The position numbers and the translations under genes were made by a program. A DNA stretch of 64,000 bases from Eledone cirrhosa (Eukaryota): NCBI GenBank assembly GCA_964016885.1, contig OZ024746.1, forward strand, positions 83,328,001-83,392,000. Direction: 5' to 3'. Of the stretch, positions 15,001 to 27,423 are shown one piece after another. The notes below the pieces were generated by a model that worked only from the letters and a program-made list of their open reading frames with translations, searched no databases and was not told where the DNA came from. The first letter of the stretch is position 1; the number at the start of each line of letters is the position of its first letter.

Positions 15001-18000
15001 GCCCCGTTTTTTTATGGGGGGGGGTCCGTTTTTTATTTGGGTACCCCGTTTTTTATTTGGGTGCCCCGTTTTTTTATGGGGGGGTCCGTTTTTTATTTGG
15101 GTGCCCCGTTTTTTTATGGGGGGGTCATTTTTTTATTTGGGTGCCCCGTTTTTTTATGGGGGGATCCGTTTTTTATTTGGGTGCCCCGTTTTTTATTTGG
15201 GTGTCCCGTTTTTTTATGGGGGGGTCCGTTTTTTATTTGGGTGCCCCGTTTTTTTTATGGGGGGGTCCGTTTTTTATTTGGGTACCCCGTTTTTTATTTG
15301 GGTGCCCCGTTTTTTTATGGGGGGGTCCGTTTTTATTTGGGTGCCCCTTTTTTTTATGGGGGGGGTCCGTTTTTTATTTGGGTGCCCCGTTTTTTTATGG
15401 GGGGGTCCCGTTTTTTATTTGGGTGCCCCTTTTTTTTATGGGGGGGTCCGTTTTTTATTTGGGTACCCCGTTTTTTATTTGGGTGCCCCGTTCTTTTATG
15501 GGGGGGGTCCGTTTTTTATTTGGGTGCCCCGTTTTTTTATGGGGGGGGTCCGTTTTTTATTTGGGTGCCCCGTTTTTTTATGGGGGGGTCCCGTTTTTTA
15601 TTTGGGTGCCCCGTTTTTTTATGGGGGGGGTCCGTTTTTTATTTGGGTACCCCGTTTTTTATTTGGGTACCCCGTTTTTTATTTGGGTGCCCCGTTTTTT
15701 TATGGGGGGGGTCCGTTTTTTATTTGGGTGCCCCGTTTTTTTATGGGGGGGGTCCGTTTTTTATTTGGGTACCCCGTTTTTTATTTGGGTGCCCCGTTTT
15801 TTTATGGGGGGGGTCCGTTTTTTATTTGGGTGCCCCGTTTTTTTTATGGGGGGGGTCCGTTTTTTATTTGGGTGCCCCGTTTTTTTATGGGGGGGGTCCG
15901 TTTTTTATTTGGGTACCCCGTTTTTTATTTGGGTGCCCCGTTTTTTATGGGGGGGGTCCGTTTTTTATTTGGGTGCCCCGTTTTTTTTATGGGGGGGGTC
16001 CGTTTTTTATTTGGGTACCCCGTTTTTTATTTGGGTGCCCCGTTTTTTTATGGGGGGGGTCCGTTTTTTATTTGGGTGCCCCATTTTTTTATGGGGGGGT
16101 CCGTTTTTTTATGGGGGGGGGTCCGTTTTTTATTTGGGTACCCCGTTTTTTATTTGGGTGCCCCGTTTTTTTATGGGGGGGGGTCCGTTTTTTATTTGGG
16201 TGCCCCGTTTTTTTATGGGGGGGTCCCGTTTTTTATTTGGGTGCCCCGTTTTTTTATGGGGGGGGGGTCCGTTTTTTATTTGGGTACCCCGTTTTTTATT
16301 TGGGTACCCCGTTTTTTATTTGGGTGCCCCGTTTTTTTATGGTGGGGTCCCGTTTTTTATTTGGGTGCCCCGTTTTTTTATGGGGGGGGTCCGTTTTTTA
16401 TTTGGGTACCCCGTTTTTTATTTGGGTGCCCCGTTTTTTTATGGGGGGGTCCGTTTTTTATTTGGGTGCCCCGTTTTTTTATGGGGGGGGTCCGTTTTTT
16501 ATTTGGGTACCCCGTTTTTTTATGGGGGGGGTCCGTTTTTTATTTGGGTGCCCCGTTTTTTTATGGGGGGGGTCCGTTTTTTATTTGGGTGCCCCGTTTT
16601 TTTTATGGGGGGGGTCCGTTTTTTATTTGGGTGCCCCGTTTTTTTATGGGGGGTCCGTTTTTTATTTGGGTGCCCCGTTTTTTTATGGGGGGGTCCCGTT
16701 TTTTATTTGGGTGCCCCGTTTTTTTATGGGGGGGGGTCCGTTTTTTATTTGGGTACCCCGTTTTTTATTTGGGTGCCCCGTTTTTTTATGGGGGGGTCCG
16801 TTTTTTATTTGGGTGCCCCGTTTTTTTATGGGGGGGGTCCGTTTTTTTATGGGGGGGGTCCGTTTTTTATTTGGGTGCCCCGTTTTTTTATGGGGGGGTC
16901 CGTTTTTTATTTGGGTGCCCCGTTTTTTTATGGGGGGGTCCCGTTTTTTATTTGGGTGCCCCGTTTTTTTATGGGGGGGGTCCGTTTTTTATTTGGGTGC
17001 CCCGTTTTTTTTATGGGGGGGGTCCGTTTTTTATTTGGGTACCCCGTTTTTTATTTGGGTGCCCCGTTTTTTTATGGGGGGGGGTCCGTTTTTTATTTGG
17101 GTGCCCCGTTTTTTTTATGGGGGGGGTCCGTTTTTTATTTGGGTACCCCGTTTTTTATTTGGGTGCCCCGTTTTTTTATGGGGGGGTCCGTTTTTTATTT
17201 GGGTGCCCCGTTTTTTTATGGGGGGGTCCGTTTTTTATTTGGGTGCCCCGTTTTTTTATGGGGGGGTCCCGTTTTTTATTTGGGTGCCCCTTTTTTTTAT
17301 GGGGGGGGTCCGTTTTTTATTTGGGTACCCCGTTTTTTATTTGGGTGCCCCGTTTTTTTATGGGGGGGGTCCGTTTTTTATTTGGATGCCCCGTTTTTTT
17401 ATGGGGGGGTCCCGTTTTTTATTTGGGTGTCCCGTTTTTTTATGGGGGGGTCCCGTTTTTTATTTGGGTGCCCCGTTTTTTTATGGGGGGGGTCCGTTTT
17501 TTATTTGGGTACCCCGTTTTTTATTTGGGTGCCCCGTTTTTTTATGGGGGGGTCCGTTTTTTATTTGGGTGCCCCATTTTTTTATGGGGGGGGGGCCGTT
17601 TTTTATTTGGGTACCCCGTTTTTTTATGGGGGGGGGGGTCCGTTTTTTATTTGGGTGCCCCGTTTTTTTATGGGGGGGGTCCGTTTTTTTATGGGGGGGT
17701 CCCGTTTTTTATTTGGGTGCCCCGTTTTTTTATGGGGGGGTCCGTTTTTTATATGGGTACCCCGTTTTTTATTTGGGTGCCCCGTTTTTTTATGGGGGGG
17801 TCCGTTTTTTATTTGGGTGCCCCGTTTTTTTATGGGGGGGGTCCGTTTTTTATTTGGGTACCCCGTTTTTTATTTGGGTGCCCCGTTTTTTAATGGGGGG
17901 GGTCCGTTTTTTATTTGGGTGCCCCGTTTTTTTATGGGGGGGGTCCGTTTTTTATTTGGATGCCCCGTTTTTTTATGGGGGGGTCCCGTTTTTTATTTGG

Positions 18001-21000
18001 GTGCCCCGTTTTTTTATGGGGGGGGTCCGTTTTTTATTTGGGTGCCCCGTTTTTTCTATGGGGGGGGTCCGTTTTTTATTTGGGTACCCCGTTTTTTATT
18101 TGGGTGCCCCGTTTTTTATGGGGGGGTCCGTTTTTTATTTGGGTGCCCCGTTTTTTTATGGGGGGGGGGGTCCGTTTTTTTATGGGGGGGGTCCGTTTTT
18201 TATTTGGGTGCCCCGTTTTTTTATGGGGGGGGTCCGTTTTTTATTTGGGTGCCCCGTTTTTTTTATGGGGGGGGTCCGTTTTCTATTTGGGTACCCCGTT
18301 TTTTATTTGGGTGCCCCGTTTTTTTATGGGGGGGGTCCGTTTTTTATTTGGGTGCCCCGTTTTTTTATGGGGGGGTCCGTTTTTTATTTGGGTGCCCCGT
18401 TTTTTTATGGGGGGGTCCCGTTTTTTATTTGGGTGCCCCGTTTTTTTATGGGGGGGGGTCCGTTTTTTATTTGGGTGCCCCGTTTTTTTATGGGGGGGGG
18501 TCCGTTTTTTATTTGGGTACCCCGTTTTTTATTTGGGTGCCCCGTTTTTTTATGGGGGGGTCCGTTTTTTATTTGGGTGCCCCGTTTTTTTATGGGGGGG
18601 TCATTTTTTTATTTGGGTGCCCCGTTTTTTTATGGGGGGATCCGTTTTTTATTTGGGTGCCCCGTTTTTTATTTGGGTGTCCCGTTTTTTTATGGGGGGG
18701 TCCGTTTTTTATTTGGGTGCCCCGTTTTTTTATGGGGGGGTCCGTTTTTTATTTGGGTACCCCGTTTTTTATTTGGGTGCCCCGTTTTTTTATGGGGGGG
18801 TCCGTTTTTATTTGGGTGCCCCTTTTTTTTATGGGGGGGTCCGTTTTTTATTTGGGTGCCCCGTTTTTTTATGGGGGGGTCCCGTTTTTTATTTGGGTGC
18901 CCCTTTTTTTTATGGGGGGGTCCGTTTTTTATTTGGGTACCCCGTTTTTTATTTGGGTGCCCCGTTTTTTTATGGGGGGGGTCCGTTTTTTATTTGGGTG
19001 CCCCGTTTTTTTATGGGGGGGGGTCCGTTTTTATTTGGGTGCCCCGTTTTTTTATGGGGGGGTCCCGTTTTTTATTTGGGTGCCCCGTTTTTTTATGGGG
19101 GGGGTCCGTTTTTTATTTGGGTACCCCGTTTTTTATTTGGGTACCCCGTTTTTTATTTGGGTGCCCCGTTTTTTTATGGGGGGGGTCCGTTTTTTATTTG
19201 GGTGCCCCGTTTTTTTATGGGGGGGGTCCGTTTTTTTATGGGGGGGTCCGTTTTTTATTTGGGTGCCCCGTTTTTTTATGGGGGGGGTCCGTTTTTTATT
19301 TGGGTGCCCCGTTTTTTTTATGGGGGGGGTCCGTTTTTTATTTGGGTACCCCGTTTTTTATTTGGGTGCCCCGTTTTTTTATGGGGGGGGTCCGTTTTTT
19401 ATTTGGGTACCCCGTTTTTTATTTGGGTGCCCCGTTTTTTTATGGGGGGGGTCCGTTTTTTATTTGGGTGCCCCGTTTTTTTATGGGGGGGTCCCGTTTT
19501 TTATTTGGGTGCCCCGTTTTTTTATGGGGGGGTCCGTTTTTTATTTGGGTACCCCGTTTTTTATTTGGGTGCCCCGTTTTTTTATGGGGGGGGTCCGTTT
19601 TTTATTTGGGTGCCCCGTTTTTTTATGGGGGGGGTCCGTTTTTTATTTGGGTGCCCCGTTTTTTTATGGGGGGATCCGTTTTTTATTTGGGTGCCCCGTT
19701 TTTTTATGGGGGGGTCCCGTTTTTTATTTGGGTGCCCCGTTTTTTATGGGGGGGGTCCGTTTTTTATTTGGGTGCCCCGTTTTTTTTATGGGGGGGGTCC
19801 GTTTTTTATTTGGGTACCCCGTTTTTTATTTGGGTGCCCCGTTTTTTTATGGGGGGGGTCCGTTTTTTATTTGGGTGCCCCATTTTTTTATGGGGGTTCC
19901 GTTTTTTTATGGGGGGGGTCCGTTTTTTATTTGGGTACCCCGTTTTTTATTTGGGTGCCCCGTTTTTTTATGGGGGGGGGTCCGTTTTTTATTTGGGTGC
20001 CCCGTTTTTTTATGGGGGGGTCCCGTTTTTTATTTGGGTGCCCCGTTTTTTTATGGGGGGGGGTCCGTTTTTTATTTGGGTACCCCGTTTTTTATTTGGG
20101 TGCCCCGTTTTTTTATGGGGGGGGGTCCGTTTTTTATTTGGGTGCCCCGTTTTTTTATGGGGGGATCCGTTTTTTATTTGGGTGCTCCGTTTTTTTATGG
20201 GGGGGTCCCGTTTTTTATTTGGGTGCCCCGTTTTTTATGGGGGGGGTCCGTTTTTTATTTGGGTGCCCCGTTTTTTTTATGGGGGGGGTCCGTTTTTTAT
20301 TTGGGTACCCCGTTTTTTATTTGGGTGCCCCGTTTTTTTATGGGGGGGGTCCGTTTTTTATTTGGGTGCCCCATTTTTTTATGGGGGGGTCCGTTTTTTT
20401 ATGGGGGGGGTCCGTTTTTTATTTGGGTGCCCCGTTTTTTTATGGGGGGGGTCCGTTTTTTATTTGGGTGCCCCGTTTTTTTATGGGGGGGTCCCGTTTT
20501 TTATTTGGGTGCCCCGTTTTTTTATGGGGGGGGTCCGTTTTTTATTTGGGTGCCCCGTTTTTTTTATGGGGGGGTCCGTTTTTTATTTGGGTACCCCGTT
20601 TTTTATTTGGGTGCCCCGTTTTTTTATGGGGGGGGTCCGTTTTTTATTTGGGTACCCCGTTTTTTATTTGGGTGCCCCGTTTTTTTATGGGGGGGACCGT
20701 TTTTTATCTGGGTACCCCGTTTTTTATTTGGGTACCCCGTTTTTTATTTGGGTGCCCCGTTTTTTTATGGGGGGGGTCCGTTTTTTATTTGGGTGCCCCG
20801 TTTTTTTATGGGAGGGGTCCGTTTTTTATTTGGGTGCCCCGTTTTTTTTATGGGGGGGGTCCGTTTTTTATTTGGGTGCCCCGTTTTTTTATGGGGGGAG
20901 TCCGTTTTTTATTTGGGTGCCCCGTTTTTTTATGGGGGGGTCCCGTTTTTTATTTGGGTGCCCCGTTTTTTTATGGGGGGGGTCCGTTTTTTATTTGGGT

Positions 21001-22800
21001 ACCCCGTTTTTTATTTGGGTGCCCCGTTTTTTTATGGGGGGGTCCGTTTTTTATTTGGGTGCCCCGTTTTTTTATGGGGGGGGTCCGTTTTTTTATGGGG
21101 GGGGGGTCCGTTTTTTATTTGGGTGCCCCGTTTTTTTATGGGGGGGTCCGTTTTTTATTTGGGTGCCCCGTTTTTTTATGGGGGGGTCCCGTTTTTTATT
21201 TGGGTGCCCCGTTTTTTTATGGGGGGGGTCCGTTTTTTATTTGGGTGCCCCGTTTTTTTTATGGGGGGGGTCCGTTTTTTATTTGGGTACCCCGTTTTTT
21301 ATTTGGGTGCCCCGTTTTTTTTATGGGGGGGGGTCCGTTTTTTATTTGGGTGTCCCGTTTTTTTTATGGGGGGGTCCGTTTTTTATTTGGGTACCCCGTT
21401 TTTTATTTGGGTGCCCCGTTTTTTTATGGGGGGGGTCCGTTTTTTATTTGGGTGCCCCGTTTTTTTATGGGGGGGTCCGTTTTTTATTTGGGTGCCCCGT
21501 TTTTTTATGGGGGGGTCCCGTTTTTTATTTGGGTGCCCCTTTTTTTTATGGGGGGGGTCCGTTTTTTATTTGGGTACCCCGTTTTTTATTTGGGTGCCCC
21601 GTTTTTTTATGGGGGGGGTCCGTTTTTTATTTGGATGCCCCGTTTTTTTATGGGGGGGTCCCGTTTTTTATTTGGGTGTCCCGTTTTTTTATGGGGGGGT
21701 CCCGTTTTTTATTTGGGTGCCCCGTTTTTTTATGGGGGGGGTCCGTTTTTTATTTGGGTACCCCGTTTTTTATTTGGGTGCCCCGTTTTTTTTATGGGGG
21801 GGTCCGTTTTTTATTTGGGTGCCCCGTTTTTTTTATGGGGGGGGGCCGTTTTTTATTTGGGTACCCCGTTTTTTTATGGGGGGGGGGTCCGTTTTTTATT
21901 TGGGTGCCCCGTTTTTTTTATGGGGGGGTCCGTTTTTTTTATGGGGGGGTCCCGTTTTTTATTTGGGTGCCCCGTTTTTTTATGGGGGGGTCCGTTTTTT
22001 ATATGGGTACCCCGTTTTTTATTTGGGTGCCCCGTTTTTTTATGGGGGGGGTCCGTTTTTTATTTGGGTGCCCCGTTTTTTTATGGGGGGGGTCCGTTTT
22101 TTATTTGGGTACCCCGTTTTTTATTTGGGTGCCCCGTTTTTTATGGGGGGGTCCGTTTTTTATTTGGGTGCCCCGTTTTTTTATGGGGGGGGGTCCGTTT
22201 TTTTTATGGGGGGGTCCGTTTTTTATTTGGGTGCCCCGTTTTTTTATGGGGGGGGTCCGTTTTTTATTTGGGTGCCCCGTTTTTTATTTGGGTGCCCCGT
22301 TTTTTTATGGGGGGGTCCGTTTTTTATATGGGTACCCCGTTTTTTATTTGGGTGCCCCGTTTTTTATGGGGGGGGTCCGTTTTTTATTTGGGTGCCCCGT
22401 TTTTTTATGGGGGGGGGTCCGTTTTTTATTTGGGTACCCCGTTTTTTATTTGGGTGCCCCGTTTTTTATGGGGGGGTCCGTTTTTTATTTGGGTGCCCCG
22501 TTTTTTTTATGGGGGGGGTCCGTTTTCTATTTGGGTACCCCGTTTTTTATTTGGGTGCCCCGTTTTTTTATGGGGGGGGTCCGTTTTTTATTTGGGTGCC
22601 CCGTTTTTTTATGGGGGGGTCCGTTTTTTATTTGGGTGCCCCGTTTTTTTATGGGGGGGTCCCGTTTTTTATTTGGGTGCCCCGTTTTTTTATGGGGGGG
22701 GGTCCGTTTTTTATTTGGGTGCCCCGTTTTTTTATGGGGGGGGTCCGTTTTTTATTTGGGTACCCCGTTTTTTATTGGGTGCCCCGTTTTTTTATGGGGG
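1..22800. repeat. Satellite array of ~20-bp monomers: A = GT7ATG7-9TCC(C), B = GT6ATTTGGGTGCCCC, B' = GT6ATTTGGGTACCCC; mostly 41-bp AB dimers and 61-bp AB'B trimers
   Basis: Read directly. Uninterrupted from window start to the N gap; variation is mainly homopolymer length plus rare shared substitutions. Confidence 0.98.
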
Positions 22801-23000
22801 NNNNNNNNNNNNNNNNNNNNNNNNNNNNNNNNNNNNNNNNNNNNNNNNNNNNNNNNNNNNNNNNNNNNNNNNNNNNNNNNNNNNNNNNNNNNNNNNNNNN
22901 NNNNNNNNNNNNNNNNNNNNNNNNNNNNNNNNNNNNNNNNNNNNNNNNNNNNNNNNNNNNNNNNNNNNNNNNNNNNNNNNNNNNNNNNNNNNNNNNNNNN
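22801..23000. other. Assembly/scaffold gap (200 N)
   Basis: Run of exactly 200 N. Confidence 1.
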
Positions 23001-24344
23001 CATTCATCCAATGGATTCTGTGGGGTGGTGGAGGAGGTGGTTGTAGTTGTGGTCAGTGTTGCTGAAAATATATTATCCACAGCAGCTCTCTCTCTCTTCT
23101 CTTTCTGTTTGTTTCTGCCTTTCCATATATCTGCCACTCTACTTTTATGACTCTTTCTATCTCTCTCTTGTTTCCTAATGCCCCCTACTATCTGCCCTTC
23201 TTCACCCCCTCACCCATTTTTACACTTTCCTATTTATTAGTTCACATTTGATTTTCTTTCTTCTATTATTTTTTTTTTATTATTTATTTGGAAGCAGACT
23301 AATTCCATAGTCTTCCCTCCTCCTCCTCCTTCCCCCTACAACTTTCTCTCCTCTCCTTTCCCTACAGCTTTCTGTCTTCTCCTTTCCCTACAGCTTTTAT
23401 CAAACCAGCCTAAGTGGTGTAAGTCAGTATAAATGACTAAGGTTCATGTCATTGATATATATACATATATGTATGTATATATATATATATATGGTGTATA
23501 TATACAGGGATGCCAAGTGCTGCAACACTTTCTCCACCTCCAGCCTTGTCACTTTCAGCCACAAACTCAGGCTCTGCCCACTCGTAATGTGGAGGAGAGG
23601 AAGAAAACCAAATACCAAATTTTACAGACAAGACTTTGCATTGACCTGTGACTATGGTAGAAGACACTTTTCACGTGCTACTCAGTAGGGTGTTCACTTG
23701 AAAACCATGTACCTGCAAAGCAAACTTAATCATGCAACTATGTCAGCACAGCCACCTGTGTAGACTGGTGTCAATAAATCCCACACTCCTCCAAGTACAT
23801 TTTTATCATGGTAGCAACACTAGAGAAGTTGTCATGTCTTTGACATATCTGAAGAATCTTCCTAAACCCCTTTATTTGGCAGGTTTTCTATGGCTGGATA
23901 CTCATCCTATCACCAACCACTTTACAGAGTGTATTGGGGTGATAGTTTATCATGTACATCAACAATGTATAAATTGCATGTCTAATTAACTCTTTGATTA
24001 CCAACAGCATACTGATATGTTAAGTCTGTGAATCTTGTACAGCCGAAAGTTAATAAAACAAATTTGATCAAAAGATCTCCTTAATTTGATTTTTCAACCA
24101 TTTTAGGATGACACATTAAAAAATGGTGTATCTCTGTCCTGGAACAGTAAAATACCCAAATAGACTTTGTCATTTAATTAATTAATGTAGTTTATTTGGT
24201 AGTTTGAGGATTAAAGCAAACAGTTTACTGAAACTTCCTTTCTCCACCCCCATCTGCACTATTCTGCTATGTGGACAACAGAATAAGATCACTGATTTGT
24301 TTGTTTGTTTTTTGTTTTTTTTTTTTGTTTGTTTTTTCTGCTAT

Positions 24345-24562
24345 TTAACCCTTTCATTACTATATTTATAATGAAATACACTGTGTTTGAATTAATGAAG
24401 AATGTGAAGGGGTTTATTAAAATATTTGGAATTTAACTTAACGAAAAAAAAAGTTTGTACTTTCAAATTATGTTGAAAGATTTTAATTTAAACCTTTATA
24501 AGATGATTTGTTGTCATAGAACTGCGATGTGGTTTTGGGCAGTTCGGTATCAAAATAGTTAA
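24345..24562. mobile_element. TTAA-flanked MITE family B (ends CCCTTTCATTAC / GTATCAAAAGGG-like); related copies ~28439-28692, 47550-47783, 53530-53930, 62388-62611
   Basis: Shared internal sequence between copies; TTAACCC...GGGTTAA-like ends. Confidence 0.65.
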
Positions 24563-25027
24563 TAATTTGTTGGAGTGCTTGAGCAGGAGATTGTTCTGGA
24601 GATGCATTTTTTTTAGGTAAAAGTGGAATGAGAAAGAATCAAGAGATATTGTTCATAAGTTTAGATTGTTGATAGTGAACAAGATGAAGAAATACAAGTG
24701 AATAAGACCACAGCAAGCATGGGAGTTGTCAAAATTAAAACAGGAAGGGAGACTTCCTGTAGTGACTTCAAAATTGAGTGCCAAAATGTTGGTGCATACT
24801 CTGTTTTTATCAGCATTTTTACATTAACATTATCATGCTGGCATGGGTTGGACTGGACTTTTGGATTTAATGTTTTACTGCTGGATACCCTTCTCGATGC
24901 TGGCCCTGTTTATTTATTTCATGATATTAAGTATGAAAGATAAATACCATTTGTGTGCAGTCTGGAATACCTGTAATATTCTGCTACTTTATCATAGGTA
25001 ACATTTCTGGTGAACAATTATATATGA

Positions 25028-25330
25028 CATCTTCTTCTTTGCCGACTTATTCCTGAGAGGGTCGTGGGGGCAGAATCTTCAAACACTCCCTCCAGCAGGT
25101 CCTGTAGAAGCAACTGTCCCCAACTGATCTGGCTAGATCCCCAAGCGTGACCAGCCAAGCTCATGGATGTTATCCAACTACCTTGCTCGAGGCTACTCTT
25201 AGTCTCCTACCTGTTGGTTTTTGCCTATAAACCCTGTCCAACAATTCTTTCCCGAGACATTCTAACCACATGACCATAGTATCGGAGCTGTGATCTCTCA
25301 ATTTGGAGAAGTAGCGGCTCTACCTGTATG
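25028..25330 (-). mobile_element. 3' fragment of an RTE-type LINE (family with GAA-type tail)
   Basis: Minus-strand peptide QVEPLLLQIERSQLRYYGHVVRMSRERIV; homologous to 44020-44325 and 35985-36640. Confidence 0.8.
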
Positions 25331-27197
25331 ATATACAAAATAGAAAACAAAATTTGTGAAGTTGATTTGAATTGTGAGCCCTTATAAGCTGATAGTCTGT
25401 TTAATGTCATCACTATTTAGTTGTTTGGCGTCTACAGTATATTGTCCAATACAGCAAAAGTTGTTGTTGTAGTAGTAGTAATGGTGGTGTAGGTGGCAGA
25501 AGGATGTAATTGATAACAAAGCAGATTGATTGAAAATTATTGTGAATGGAAGGTGTGTATGGAAGGGGTTGCTCATCACTACTACAACATGCAGTCTGGT
25601 ATAAATGAATGAAATTAGATGTTTCTTTGTTATATGTGTGGCATACATTCCACTCATTAGAAAATAAAAAAAAAAAAGAACAGAATTTGTAAATAGATAT
25701 AAAAATAATTAGCTAAACAATCTCCAGAGTAAATAGCTATAAAGGGAATGGTTTCATAAAAAAAAGATGAATCTCCTTAAATACCCTCTTTGAAACATAG
25801 GGTTCCCACTGTTTTTCTAGTCCAATCATAATAGAGTACTTTCTAAAACATTTACAACAATGCGTGCTGATACCCTAATTCTAATGCCCACATGTAAAAA
25901 AAAAATTATTGATCTCTGTTTATTGGTTTATTTATCCATATAATCATCTATCTATTATATATTCATATATTCATGAATAAAATTAATAATAGCTCCATGT
26001 ACATCAGCTTGTCTAATAAACCATTGTATGTTGGAATAATGTTTCAATATAATGTAGTGACTGAATAAAAATAGGCATTTGTGTGTTTTACATGTCTGAG
26101 TGTGTGTGTATGTGTATGTCTAGCTGTTGTTTGCTGGAAGGCTAATGTATTTATAAATGGCATACATTTATATGTGGCAGCCATATTTGGTTGATCTCAG
26201 CTGTAAATAAGGCTTTCTGCATAGGCACAATGGCTAGCTGATTTAAGGGCTTGACTGCTGACCATAAAGGTGATAATTTGGCCGAATGACTAAGGCGTCG
26301 GACTAAAAATGCCTCCATGCTTGTATAGAAAATATACATTAAAATATAGACAGGTCAGGTAGCCATGTCTTGCTTGTATGCTCTGTTTTTGGCATGGTTT
26401 CTACAACTGAAAGCCATTCCTAATGCCAACTACAGGAGTATTTTAACATGACTCTAGCACCACCTCCTTACAGAGTGAACTGGGTGCTTTTTTGTCATGG
26501 CACCAGCACTACTGCCTTGCAGTGCAAAGTGAATGGACTGGATGCTTTTTATTGTAGCACCAGCACTACCACTTCAGAGTGAGCTGTTTATATCTAAAAA
26601 AAAACCTTCCATCATAATTTTTATGTAAGAACATTTATGTTTCAAAGACCAGCTTAATTGTAATAAAGTTAATTATATAATCAAATTCTTGATTATTTTC
26701 AATTTTATTTGAAAATCATAGGCAGTGTCTTCCATTAAAAAGATGGTAATGAAAGGGTTAAGTCATTAGGCATGCACCAGATTCAGTTACTTCACCACTG
26801 TAACCTTAATGATACTTAAATGTAACATGATACTTAAACCTAAGTATCATGTCTTGGTATTCCACTGAAAGAGTCTCTATATGGTATTTTTTACCTATGA
26901 GATATAGCAACGTAATCTCCCTCAAATTGCACACTACTGTCAGAAAGGGCTCATTTCATAATACAATCTCTGATATGCAAAAAGACAGGTTTGTTGCAAC
27001 TAAAACACCTTTGATTCTTGATCTGTCTTATCAGGACTGGCCAAGGGTTAAATGATCCTTGGTCTATCCTATCAGATAGGGTTAAGCAACTTGATTGAGA
27101 TAACACTTCAAAGGAGCTCTGATGCTCTAGTCATGCATTTTCTCTCGTTCTAGTGCTTTGTATTACTACAAGTATGTCACTTGTCTGCAATTACATT

Positions 27198-27423
27198 GAA
27201 CCCTTTAGCATATAAGCTGGTCATATCTGGCCAGAATCTTCTCACCTCTTTCTGTCCAAATCCGCCGTTATTGGCTCCTCATACTTATGTTACGGTATTG
27301 TTCTCAAAATAAATAATATCAAAATCTCAGATTCAATATTATGTGAGATAATTATATGAAATAAAGTGTTTACTGTGAAAATACAATAGTAAATATAGAG
27401 TAATGTAAATGCTAACAGGTTAA
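27198..27423 (+). mobile_element. piggyBac-like MITE family A copy (second, partial copy at ~27730-27939)
   Basis: CCCTTTAGCAT...ATGCTAA(A)GGG terminal inverted repeats; internal sequence shared with about 10 other copies. Confidence 0.75.

Noticed and set aside
1-22800. Telomeric repeat or CRISPR array interpretation of the satellite
   Set aside because: No TTAGGG units, and the G-rich strand points into the scaffold rather than to a left end. No unique spacers and no cas genes; the context is eukaryotic.
1-22800. Origin of the satellite from the SINE module TGGGTGCTTTTTT.TCATGG
   Set aside because: Only a 7-nt TGGGTGC match plus a T-run and ATGG; too low in complexity to support homology.
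2-23150. Giant + strand ORFs of up to 4737 aa in all three frames
   Set aside because: Translation of an A-poor satellite with almost no stop codons. All frames give the same F/G/W/P-rich repeats and interconvert through homopolymer slippage.
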